A stretch of DNA of 17,938 bases from Paraspadella gotoi (lineage: Eukaryota; Animalia; Chaetognatha): assembly GCA_051294375.1 (NCBI GenBank), contig JBJCIZ010001406.1, forward strand, positions 1-17,938, given 5' to 3'. The notes under the pieces are model-generated. The model was not told the origin of the DNA, did no database searches, and worked only from the letters and a program-made list of their open reading frames with translations. Positions 1-9,159 of the stretch are shown here, piece by piece (the first letter of the stretch is position 1; each line of letters starts with the position of its first letter). The translations under genes and the position numbers were made by a program.

Positions 1-26
1 AATTAAGTTTACCAAAATTGTTTAGT

Positions 27-104
27 CTAATTCTTTACGCGTTGTAATGAGCGTTGAGACGGAATCTTTTGTCCGTGTCGTAGATCCGAAACCCAGCGTC
101 TTCA
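27..104 (-). repeat. Start of Gypsy 3' LTR (TG start right after the PPT)
   Basis: Minus strand reads TTGGGGGGGGGGGCG|TGAAGACGCTGGGTTTCGGATC...; homologous to 5030-5041 plus 5231-5329. Confidence 0.7.
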
Positions 105-550
105 CGCCCCCCCCCCCAAGACGACGTCCCGATAGGAGACGGAGGATTGATCCGAGAAGCTCAGCCGAGGACGAAGAACCCTTGTCGGCCTCGTGTTTGT
201 TGACGTTGGAATATCGGGATCCGCGAAAGCGAGCTGCGTGGCTTCATAATCGACTGCAGGATGTGTCGCGTCATTATCCACGGCCGGGAGCAAGTGGGGG
301 CGAACGAAAGGTTTGAAGCCGAATAATTTGGCGCCGCGAGATGATCTCGAACGGGCCGTCATAGATGGACGTCGCGGGCGTCGCGGCGGACGAGAGCGAA
401 ATGGCAACTTTGGAGGCCGTCTGGGATCTTTTGGGGATGATCAGCAGGGCGTGTCCCCTCTATCGGTCGCAGGGCGTCCATCATCAGCGCGCCGTCCGGG
501 ACAAATTCGTTCACTTCTTCATTCAAGGCCGTGACGACGTGGTGTTTAGA
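102..550 (-). pseudogene. Gypsy gag fragment fused to integrase C-terminal fragment (frameshifted)
   Basis: Minus-strand frames give SKHHVVTALNEEV, PQKIPDGLQSC, YDGPFEII and RGAKLFGFKPF. Confidence 0.8.
105..117 (-). promoter_or_regulatory. Polypurine tract of the Gypsy remnant
   Basis: C11 run on + (G11 on -) between the integrase tail and the TG LTR start. Confidence 0.7.
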
Positions 551-639
551 CCTTGCCAGAAAATTTTAAGTTTTTGATTTAATATTAGGGTAGAAAATGC
601 TCCTCACCCATGACAATATTTTTTATAATAATTCTCATT

Positions 640-857
640 TAGAGATGAAACGAAAAATTCGTTGTAATAGCAATTTTTATTTTTGTTTTTATTTTATGTT
701 TTTAAAAAATTTAGTTTATTGAATTCACTTGCTGATGAAGACTCGTAATACTAAAAGTCGAAACATGTACAATAATAAAAATAAAAATTGCTATTACAAC
801 GAATTTTTCGTTTCATCTCTAAACTATTTTAAATAGCAAAAAAGAAAGTCAAAATAC
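640..857 (+). mobile_element. Short Penelope-like (pLTR-derived) insertion carrying a hammerhead ribozyme
   Basis: Absent from the right arm, where the target occurs once (6614-6626). Flanked by a 13-bp near-duplication AATAAT(T/C)CTCATT (627-639 and 858-870). Contains 47-bp perfect inverted repeats (638-684 and 777-823) and a hammerhead. Confidence 0.75.
729..772 (+). ncRNA. Minimal type I hammerhead ribozyme
   Basis: TTG-CTGATGA-A-GACT(cgtaatactaaa)AGTC-GAAA-C-AT-GTA-CAA: stem I TTG/CAA, stem II GACT/AGTC, palindromic ACATGT stem III, GUA cleavage triplet ending at 769, AATAA downstream. Confidence 0.8.
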
Positions 858-1372
858 AATAATCCTCATTGAAATGAATCCGAAACAAGTCTGTTTTACA
901 ATAAAACAAAATCGTTGTCAAATCTAAATTCAAACTTTCTCTAATTATCTCAAACAACGAAAAAGAAAGGATTTATATCATAATAATCCTCATTAAAAAA
1001 ATCTTAAAAGCATAAGGATCGTTGCAATTGCATAAGAAAAATCTGGATTGACGACAAATTTTGATAATAAAAAAAAATAAATTTGAAAAAAGAAAATTAA
1101 TTTATAAAAAGAAAGAAAAATTATATTTTGCGAATGTCAATTAAAAAAAATAATAAAGTACCAAGGAAAATTAAAGTTTAAGTTTCTAAAAAAAAAAAAA
1201 CTTTTTCATTGTCAAAAAATAAACTGATCAGCAGACGCAGTCCCTGAGAAAAAAAACGAAAAAAAAACGAAATAAAAACCCGATGTTGCGAAAGCAAAAT
1301 GATAACATGCACAAATGCGATGCCTAATTTTACGAGTTCAATCCTAATTCAATTTTTTTTAAATTAAAACGC

Positions 1373-1394
1373 AGAGAGAGAGAGAGAGAGAGAG
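1373..1394. repeat. (AG)n microsatellite
   Basis: About 11 AG units. Confidence 0.9.
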
Positions 1395-1715
1395 AAAAAA
1401 GAAAGAAATCAAAAGGCAGAAGCAGCAAAACAAAAGAGAGAGAGAAAGAGCCCCTGCAGAGCCAGCTGCAGATTTGTTTTTTTCCCGATGAATCAGCACT
1501 GGGGAAAAGAGAGAGAGAGCTACATATATTTAAAAGATAAAAAAGAGAGAGAAGGAAACATAAAAATAAAAAAGGAAATTTGTTTGTTTTGATAAAATGT
1601 AAACAAAACATTAACTGTCCTGACCCAATTTCAAGCATATCGATGATGAAAAGCTGTATATAAATTTTCAACTTCATACACCCAAATTTAATGATAAAAA
1701 GTTTGAGCAAACAAT

Positions 1716-2409
1716 GTCGGATCTGCCCACGATCATTATCGGTAATTAATTAATTAATTAATAATTAATTTATTCAAATTAATTATTTAATTAATTTAAC
1801 AATTAATTAATTTGATCCGAAATGTTTGTTTTGATTGATTAATTGACTGATTATTTAATTAATAATTAATTGACTAATTGATTAATTAACTGATTAATTA
1901 TTTGATTAATTATTACATCTTGCATTTACATTTAGAATAAAAAGAAAAAGAAGCATAATCAATTAGTGAAACAGGTTCTTTGTTTTTTCCATTTAAACTC
2001 ATTTCCACTCAAATGATTCTATTAAAACTTGATTTCCAGTTTAATCACACACTTTTCTACGTAAATACAAAATTTCAAGTCAATCGCCCCATCCACTTAT
2101 GAGTAATTGGCGTTCAAATATGAAATTTATTTTTTTAATTTTTTCAATTTAATCTCATTTCCACTCAGACGATTCCATCGAAACTTCATATATAGCTCAA
2201 TCACACACTTCCCTACGCACAAACAAAATTTCATTCCAATCCATCCATCCTATCACGCCTAATTGGTATTTTTTGCTAAGGTGGGACGGAAGGACAGACA
2301 GACAGACGGACATCGTTTTTTTTTTTGCATACTTCGATCATAATTCGATATTCTGACATAATATAGGTGAATGCCCGACAATATTGAGGGGTCAGACCGA
2401 CGGACCGAC
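1716..2409 (-). mobile_element. DINE-1/Helentron-like non-autonomous element, copy A (left arm only)
   Basis: SubTIR GTCGGATCTGC at 1716-1726, TTAA-rich tract 1743-1913, two ~120-bp central repeats (~1989-2110 and ~2145-2265), GAC(G/A) microsatellite 2284-2311. The core 2271-2409 is homologous (inverted) to 8553-8700. Confidence 0.65.
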
Positions 2410-2980
2410 AAAGTTAAAAAAAGCGATCTATAATTTGGAACGGCGACGACGACGACGACGACAACGCCGATGGTCCTAAATTTTTTTTTTCCGTAAAAAA
2501 ACAAACTTTATTTTATCCTTTTCTTTTGTTCTTCGTTTCCCATAAGCCTCCAGAGCGTATCTAACTCCAGGATCGCCGGGTAAATTGTTGTTTTCATTTT
2601 TTTTATTATAATACAAGGCTTTTATTAATAAAGGGGTAAATTACATAATCTTAAAGGGCATATTTGACAAAAACAAAAAGAAATAAAAATGATTGTATTA
2701 ATTCCTATTATTTCTTACTATGACGTCAATTTTTTCATTAGGTGCTTAAAAGATAGGCTAAACCCAACAGATTCGGAATCAGTGCATGACCGAGTAAATT
2801 TATTTGACTTATACAGTAAATACAGCAAAATAAAATAAAAATTTAAAATTTAAACCTTTATGGATTTTCTTAATTCTGGCTGCTTTGGATACGATTGCCC
2901 AAATGATGCAGTTTCAGAAACTAATTATCAGAAACCGCTTCGTTCTTTCGGATTTTTTTCTAAGCGCAGAGTGACTTACC

Positions 2981-3064
2981 TAACAAGAGATCGGCGTCAT
3001 TCGTCTAAAAGTCAGGGATCTTTACGGAGATGTGCGAAGTCGAAGGCGTTGAAGCGGAGGCCAT
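2981..3064 (-). pseudogene. Gypsy gag N-terminus
   Basis: MASASTPSTSHISVKIPDF*TNDADLL; the right-arm copy has TGG (W) at the stop. Resembles the VKLPPFW..DP.LW start of Gypsy gag proteins. Confidence 0.7.
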
Positions 3065-3375
3065 GACAGATTTGGAGAGAACAGAGGACGGTCAAGGCGG
3101 TTGACGGAGAAAAAGTTTTACCCATTCAGACAGTCCTCGTTTTACAGTCTTTAAAAAGACTTGGGATCAGAAGGTAGAATAGTTCTTAGTTGGGCTCACT
3201 ATTAAAGGGGTGCTTTTTTCTCGTAAAACATTTATTATCAGTAGATCATCACGAACGACTAATGTGTGTGCTAATTCTTTACACGCGTGCAATTCGTCTA
3301 TTTTGCGCTCGCACTAATGATGCGATTGAACGGAATTCTTTTTCCCTTGTCGCTGCCTCGTTATCGAAAACAGCG

Positions 3376-3568
3376 GATTAATTTTACTTCGTCGATCGCG
3401 GTTTTGGCGTCTTTTGAAAAATTATTTAAAAATATTTATTAAAAAAAAAATTTAAAAAGATTACGCTATATTACCCTAACCTGAAACCTTCTTAACCTTA
3501 GCACCCTCACCCTAACTACCCTTAATCCCTGCACTCCCAACCCCGTTCGATTAAATAAATTATTGCCC
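3376..3568. mobile_element. MITE with telomere-like internal repeats (left-arm copy)
   Basis: Inverted counterpart of 5039-5230; CCCTAA-like core at 3474-3530. Confidence 0.7.
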
Positions 3569-4520
3569 AGGTCTCCTGTACTCCGATATACTTAGTTGAA
3601 GGTCTCGGCAAACTCCATCGGGGACCGAACTCCATTGTCAAAAGCCGCAGCTTTTACGAGAACATTCAAATATTTTACAATAAATCTAAAAAAACTAATA
3701 CGTAAAATCTACATTCATTATAATTTTGGGGGATAAAAAAAAATAAAAAAATCGGCCAATAATGTTACAACACCGAGTTCAACAGAAAACTCTGATTCGT
3801 GAACCCCTGGTCTACTAAGTTGCAATGCTCTCGGTTGTCTAGCGAAAAAAAAAAAAAATAACTTATTACCGCATTCAGCGTTGTAAAAATCCCAGAGCAA
3901 CAAAAAGTCCGGATTTACTAAACTATTTCCAAAATTAAAAACATTCTCCACGATTGCCCACGAAACAAATTCAACCACTAATTATCTCTCATCATTAAAA
4001 AAATGTTAAGGACCGATAGTGTGGAAAAATAAAGCCCGAAAAAACAGTTAATGGATTTAATAAATCAAGCAAGTTGTAAATTTTTTACGAAAAAAAAGAT
4101 ACCCTGTCTTAGCCAAATAAGAGTATCCTGTGTAACCCATACCCATGTACTTTAGTATAGCTAAGAAACGAAAATCCAAGTACGAATCTAAAACTCCGTA
4201 AACCATCCACTTTTGTCCATTTCCTACATATCAAATGACCGAATATTTTAAAAATGCTCCACCGCATGGCTTCCAAACGCCCCGCTTTTTAAGTATCACC
4301 AATTTAATAATAATTTATTTGGTTTTTGAGGAACATGCATGACCAAAAAAAAAGCATAAAACTCGAATCTTTATCCCGCTCGCCCGAAACGAATGTTTTC
4401 TCTAACCATATGTGTGATCACTTGTGTAACTTTTTGAAAATCAATCCATCTTTACATACCAAATCTCTATAGAATTCGTCTAAAAACGAAATTCTGTTTG
4501 TTATTAAATAAATTCTCTCT

Positions 4521-4620
4521 NNNNNNNNNNNNNNNNNNNNNNNNNNNNNNNNNNNNNNNNNNNNNNNNNNNNNNNNNNNNNNNNNNNNNNNNNNNNNNNN
4601 NNNNNNNNNNNNNNNNNNNN
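4521..4620. other. Assembly gap (100 N)
   Basis: Exactly 100 N, a typical fixed-size scaffolding gap. Confidence 0.99.
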
Positions 4621-5038
4621 CGTTGTCATTTGTTTCCCGGTGGAGCAATCGTGGAGCAATAGTGTTTTTAATATTAAATACCAGGAAATTCTCGACTTTT
4701 GTTTGCTCTGGGATTCTTCACACGGCCCTGAATGCGCATAACTTACGTTACCGCAAGAACCAAACCGAGAGCCATGGCACTTCGTAGAGCCAGCCGCGGT
4801 TCACGAATCAGAGGTTTTGTTGACTCGCGTGTTTGTAAACATTATTTGCGCCCAATTTTTTGATTTTTTTTTACAAAAATTATAATGAAATGTTAGATTT
4901 TACGTATTATTTTATATTTTAGATGTTATTTTTAAAATATTTGAATGTTTCGTAAAACTGCGGCTTTTGACCTGGAGTTACGTCCTCGATGGAGTTTGCG
5001 AGAACCTTCAACTAAGTAATACGAGTACCGAAGACACT

Positions 5039-5230
5039 GGGCATAATTTTACTTTCGCCGACCGGGGATAGGGGTGCTTAGGATAAGGGTAGTTTAGGGT
5101 GAGGGGTGCCTAAGGTTAACGGTTTCAGGTTAGGGTAATTAGGTAATATTTTTTTTTTTTTAATAAATATTTTTAAATATTTTTTTAAAAGAAGCCAAAA
5201 CCCCGATCGACGAAAGTAAAATTTCACCCC
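5039..5230. mobile_element. MITE with ~25-bp TIRs and TTAGGG-like core, inserted in the Gypsy LTR
   Basis: AATTTTACTTTCGCCGACCGGGG ... CCCCGATCGACGAAAGTAAAATT; the empty site is visible in the LTR at ~86-104. Confidence 0.75.
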
Positions 5231-5353
5231 TGTTTCGGATCAGAGGCAGCCGACACGGACAAAAGATTCCGTCTGACGCTCATAGGCCGAGCCAACAAAA
5301 ATAGACGAATTACAACGCGTAAAGAATTAAAGAATTACGAGAAAAAAGCACCC

Positions 5354-5499
5354 TGTAAAGTCCAGACGACCGTAACTCAGATGCTCTTTTAATATATGAG
5401 ATATCGACATTCATCTCTTTCTCTCTTTTGCGGTCATTCCAGATTTTGGCTCTGAAACGGGACTCTTCTCTAAAATAATAAACATTTGTGGAATAAACA
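5354..5499. mobile_element. 146-bp arm-specific insertion with TGT...ACA ends (possible solo LTR)
   Basis: Absent from the left arm (around 3200-3212). TG...CA termini and AATAAA near the 3' end, but no clear TSD. Confidence 0.4.
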
Positions 5500-5653
5500 T
5501 TAATAGTGAGCCCAACTAAGAACTATTCTACCTTCTGATCCCAAGTCTTTTTAAAGACTGTAAAACGAGGTCTTTCTAAAAAGACTGTCTGAATGGGTAA
5601 AACTTTTTCTCCGTCAACCGCCTTGACCGTCCTCTGTTCTCTCCAAATCTGTC

Positions 5654-5736
5654 ATGGCCTCCGCTTCAACGCCTTCGACTTCGCACATCTCCGTAAAGAT
5701 CCTGACTTTTGGACGAACGACGCCTATCTCTTGTTA
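5654..5736 (+). pseudogene. Gypsy gag N-terminus (1-nt frameshift)
   Basis: MASASTPSTSHISVKI/PDFWTNDAYLL. Confidence 0.7.
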
Positions 5737-6699
5737 GGTAAGTCACTCCGCGCTTAGAAAAAAAATCCGAAAGAACGAAGCGGTTTCTGATAATTAGTTT
5801 CTGAAACTGCATCGTTTGGGCAATCGTATCCAAAGCAGCCAGAACTAAGAAAATCCATAAAGGTTTAAATTTTAAATTTAAATTTTATTTTGCTGTATTT
5901 ACTGTATAAGTCAAATAAATTTACTCGGTCATGCACTGATTCCGAATCTGTTGGGTTTAGCCTATCTTTTAAGTACCTAAAGAAAAAATTGACGTCATAG
6001 TAAGAAATAATAGCAATTAATACAATTATTTTTCTCAAAATTTGTCATCATTTTTGTTTCTTTTTGTTTTTGTCAAATATGCCCTTTAAAATTATGTAAT
6101 TTACCCCTTTATTAATAAAAGCCTTGTATTATAATAAAAAAAATGAAAACAACAATTTACCCGGCGATCCTGGAGTTGAATACGCTCTGGAGGCTTATGG
6201 GAAACGAAGAGCAAAAGAAAAGGATAAAATAAAGTTTGTTTTTTTACGGAAAAGAAAATTTAAGACCGTCGTCGTCGGCGTTGTCGTTTTTTTCTCAGCG
6301 ACTGCATCTACTGATCAGTTTATTTTTTGACAATGAAAAAGTTTTTTTTTTTTTTTTGTTTTTTTTAGAACTTGGTACTTTATAATTTTTTTTAATTGAC
6401 ATTCGCAAAATATAATTTTTCTTTCTTTTTATAAATTAATTTCTTTTTTTCAAATTTTTTTTTTTTAGTATCAAAATTTAAGATTTTTTAATGAGGATTA
6501 TTATGATATAAATCCTTTCTTTTTCGTTGTTTGAGATAATTAGAGAAAGTTTGAATTTAGATTTGACAACGATTTTGTTTTATTGTAAAACAGACTTGTT
6601 TCGGATTCATTTCAATGAGGATTATTATAAAAAATATTGTCATGGGTGAGGAGCATTTTCTACCCTAATATTAAATCAAAAACTTTAAATTTTCTGGCA

Positions 6700-7143
6700 A
6701 GGTCTAATCACCACATCGTCACGGCCTTGAATGAAGAAGTGGCAATGAAGATACGGGACTTCTTTCTCGAACCCACCGAATTTGTCCCGGACGACGCGCT
6801 GATGATGGATGCCCTGTGACCGATAGCCCTGCTGATCATCCCCAAAAGATCCCAGACGGCCTCCAAAGTTGCCGTTTCGCTCTCGTCCGCCGCGACGCCC
6901 GCGACGTCCATCTATGACGGCCCGTTCGAGATCATCTCTCGCGGCGCCAAATTATTCGGCCTCAAACCTTTCGTTCGCCCCCCACTTGCTCCCGGCCATG
7001 GATAACGACGCGACACATCCTGCAGTTGATTATGAAGCCACGCAGCTCGCTTTCGCGTATCCCAATATTCCAACGTCAACAAACACGAGGCCGACAAGGG
7101 TTCGTCGTCCTTGGCTGAGCTTCTCGGATCAATCCTCCGTCTC
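6700..7143 (+). pseudogene. Gypsy gag fragment plus integrase GPF/Y C-terminal fragment; protease, RT, RNase H and integrase core deleted
   Basis: Translations as above; gag motif ...EPTEFVPDDALMMDAL runs almost directly into the integrase tail. Confidence 0.8.
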
Positions 7144-7630
7144 TAGGATTTAACTTAAAATCTGGAAATAATTTTGATTTCGATCCCACACCTGATCTAA
7201 TGTCCTTTTATAGATCCTCCAATAGTATTTTGAATGCATTACACAAACCAAATGAAGCAGTTTTGTTACAATTATTTTACAGTAATTGTGTCTCTGTACT
7301 ACGATATGGCTGTGAAGTTTCGTTGTAAAAATATGTACCAACTAAATGTAGCCATAAATAATGGAATTCGTAAGATCTTTGGCTGGCATCGATGGGAAAG
7401 CATCAGAAACCTTAGAGAATGTTTTGGTTACCCTGACATTTATAATATTTTCAAAATTAGTCATGAACGATTCATGAAACGTTTAACTTTGGTGAAAAAG
7501 TTTTGTCTTATTTCTATGAAAATATAGAAATAATCTTGTAGCTTAGTTTTCCTTCACGTTAACGTCTTAATTCTGTTTTTTATTTGTTGCTGATGTATGC
7601 TACTGTATCATTATTGATATGAAATAAAAA
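7143..7630 (+). mobile_element. 5'-truncated LINE 3' end (CR1/L2-group-like ORF2 C-terminus), frameshifted
   Basis: Frame from 7143: LGFNLKSG...FYRSSNSILNALHKPNEAVLLQLFYSNCVSVLRYGCEV; after a frameshift: LNVAINNGIRKIFGWHRWESIRNLRECFG...; then a 3' UTR ending at AATAAA (7623-7628). Confidence 0.8.
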
Positions 7631-7976
7631 TTCTCATTGTAATTTGTATCGTCAACATTTTTATTTTTTTTAAATCTTTACCACACCTTTTTTAAATTAA
7701 GATTGTTTTTCAATTGATAATTGTATAATACTTAAGGGAGTGGTCTTTTCATACAATTGAAACATTCTTTGAAATATTTTCCACTTCATTGATAGGGAAG
7801 CCAGGTACTCTGGGAGTGAATAAACGAGACTGTGAGAGAGTCTTGATTGAAAGCTTGCAGGGACCTGCTATGTCATTATCTTGTAAGAGTGATGGAGGCC
7901 TTAAACCACCAAAGCCTGTCCAAAGTCAGGGGCAAGATAGCTTATTTATTAAATGAATGGATAATTTTTATATTGG

Positions 7977-8380
7977 TTGTACCAATTTCATAAATACTTT
8001 TTGATTTTATGTCATCTAATAAAATCGTCTGATGAAGTCCCATTACAATTGGCTGCGAATCTTACATTTAAAATGAAAATGTTGGTTTGCAATGTTTTAA
8101 AACAAAATGCACATTTAAAAATATTTGTTCTTCTTTGCCCACGAAAAAATTATTTGTGACAGCAGCCGATTTCCAGAATCAAAGAAAAGTTATATTCAGG
8201 ACCTTAATGAATTAACTATAATATTTCTTGTCATTGTCATCGATATTCGATATTTAAAGTCGCCCCAGACATATTTTATAAAAATATAGATTTTGTTGGA
8301 ATGGATGGGTTGCATCTAAATCCAGTGGAGCTTGATTATTTAGTAAATGCTGTTTTTCATAGTTTTTGTGAGATAAATGC
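7977..8380 (+). pseudogene. Degenerate SGNH/GDSL esterase-like fragment (possibly LINE ORF1-derived)
   Basis: LKIFVLLCPRKN...IQDLNEL...DFVGMDGLHLNP (DGLHLN at 8304-8321, the SGNH block V DxxH motif), broken by stops and frameshifts. Confidence 0.45.
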
Positions 8381-8511
8381 TTGTACTGCATTCCTTTATG
8401 AACTAGTCATGTAGTTGCTTTTAAATTATTTGATAAGAGCTTTATATTTATAATACTTTTTTCTTTGTCATTTAATATAACTGTTTGCTATATATTCACC
8501 GTCTTTTTTTA

Positions 8512-8700
8512 GTCGGATCTGCTTATCAACAGATTCCGACTCTATAATTCACGTCGGTCCGTCAGTCCGCCCCCTCAATTTTGTCGGCCATTCACTTATA
8601 TTATGTCAGAACATCAAATTATGATAAATTATGCAAAAAAAAACCCAAAAAAAATGATGTCCGTCTGTAGGTGCGTCCGTCCGTCCCCCCTTAGCAAAAA
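8512..8700 (+). mobile_element. DINE-1/Helentron-like element, copy B (5' end)
   Basis: T-run, then hairpin GTCGGATCTG-cttatcaa-CAGATTCCGAC (8512-8540), conserved core, and GTCC/GTCT microsatellite at ~8659-8686. Confidence 0.65.
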
Positions 8701-8737
8701 ACTTCAATTATTCGTGATTGTACCCCAAATTTTTCCT

Positions 8738-8776
8738 GCCCAAGCCCAACCCAAGCCCCAACTCCAAGCCCAACTC
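8738..8776. repeat. Short GCCCAA-type tandem repeat
   Basis: gcccaagcccaacccaagccccaactccaagcccaactc. Confidence 0.7.
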
Positions 8777-9035
8777 GCCATCCTTACCTATTCCTTGTCT
8801 TTGTCGAGAGAAAGACTTTCATTTCGACTTTTGATTCTCAGTTCAGTTTTGTCGACGAAGAGAGAACAAGAAAAGAGGGAGAACGTTTTCGTGTCCTGGG
8901 AAATTACAAAAAAAAAAATAAAACAATTCTGCACTTACATAAAGTTTAAATATATTTTTCTTTTTTATATCTCAATGAGTAAATTATATTTGTCATCTTT
9001 CTGAATCACAGGCTGTGTCGGGATTTTATTTTTTT

Positions 9036-9159
9036 TTTGAATTAGAATGAAACGAAAATTTCGTGAAAACACAAAATAATTTTATTAGCATCAAATTTTA
9101 TTGCTAATAAAATTATATTTTGTTGTTCACGAAAATTCGTTTTCTTTCTCTAATTCAAA
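9036..9159. repeat. ~55-bp-arm imperfect hairpin related to the inverted repeats of the 640-857 insertion
   Basis: Arms 9036-9090 and 9102-9159. TTAGAATGAAACGAAAATTTCGT resembles TTAGAGATGAAACGAAAAATTCGT at 639-662. Confidence 0.75.

Larger units (their letters stand above)
27..3577 (-). mobile_element. Fragmented Ty3/Gypsy LTR retrotransposon remnant (left-arm copy) with nested insertions
   Basis: Order on the minus strand: LTR-like 3577-3271 (interrupted by a MITE), gag N-terminus 3064-2981, gag continuation ~550-470, integrase C-terminus ~445-120, G11 polypurine tract 117-105, then TGAAGAC... LTR from 104. Positions 27-104 are a direct repeat of 3271-3375 plus 3566-3577. Confidence 0.7.
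136..3976. repeat. Left arm of a multi-kb inverted duplication (partner 4621-7143)
   Basis: Reverse-complement matches read directly: 136-639 vs 7143-6614, 858-1258 vs 6626-6285, 2460-3225 vs 6285-5500/5340, 3270-3976 vs 5330-4621. High identity in the outer parts, many small indels near the gap. Confidence 0.95.
4621..7143. repeat. Right arm of the inverted duplication
   Basis: Same alignments as the left arm. It starts immediately after the N gap and ends where the LINE fragment begins. Confidence 0.95.
5030..7143 (+). mobile_element. Fragmented Ty3/Gypsy remnant (right-arm copy), ending at the LINE fragment
   Basis: LTR-like 5030-5329 with nested MITE; gag start 5654-5736; HHIVTALNEEVAMKIRDFFLEP at ~6709-6774; HPQKIPDGLQSCRFALVRRDA from 6837; YDGPFEIISRGAKLFGLKPF at 6913-6972. 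Confidence 0.75.

Noticed and set aside
47-577. Plus-strand ORFs 47-316, 313-534 and 365-577 as genes
   Set aside because: They are antisense shadows of the GC-rich Gypsy remnant on the minus strand.
1330-1710. 126-aa hydrophobic ORF
   Set aside because: Translation of AG microsatellite and A-rich low-complexity DNA.
4418-4648. ORF spanning the N run
   Set aside because: Artefact of translating through the gap.
8029-8066. CTGATGAAG hammerhead start
   Set aside because: No GAAA box and no convincing stems.
8603-9004. 133-aa ORF
   Set aside because: Runs across Helentron-like sequence, a short tandem repeat and low-complexity DNA; no domain recognised.
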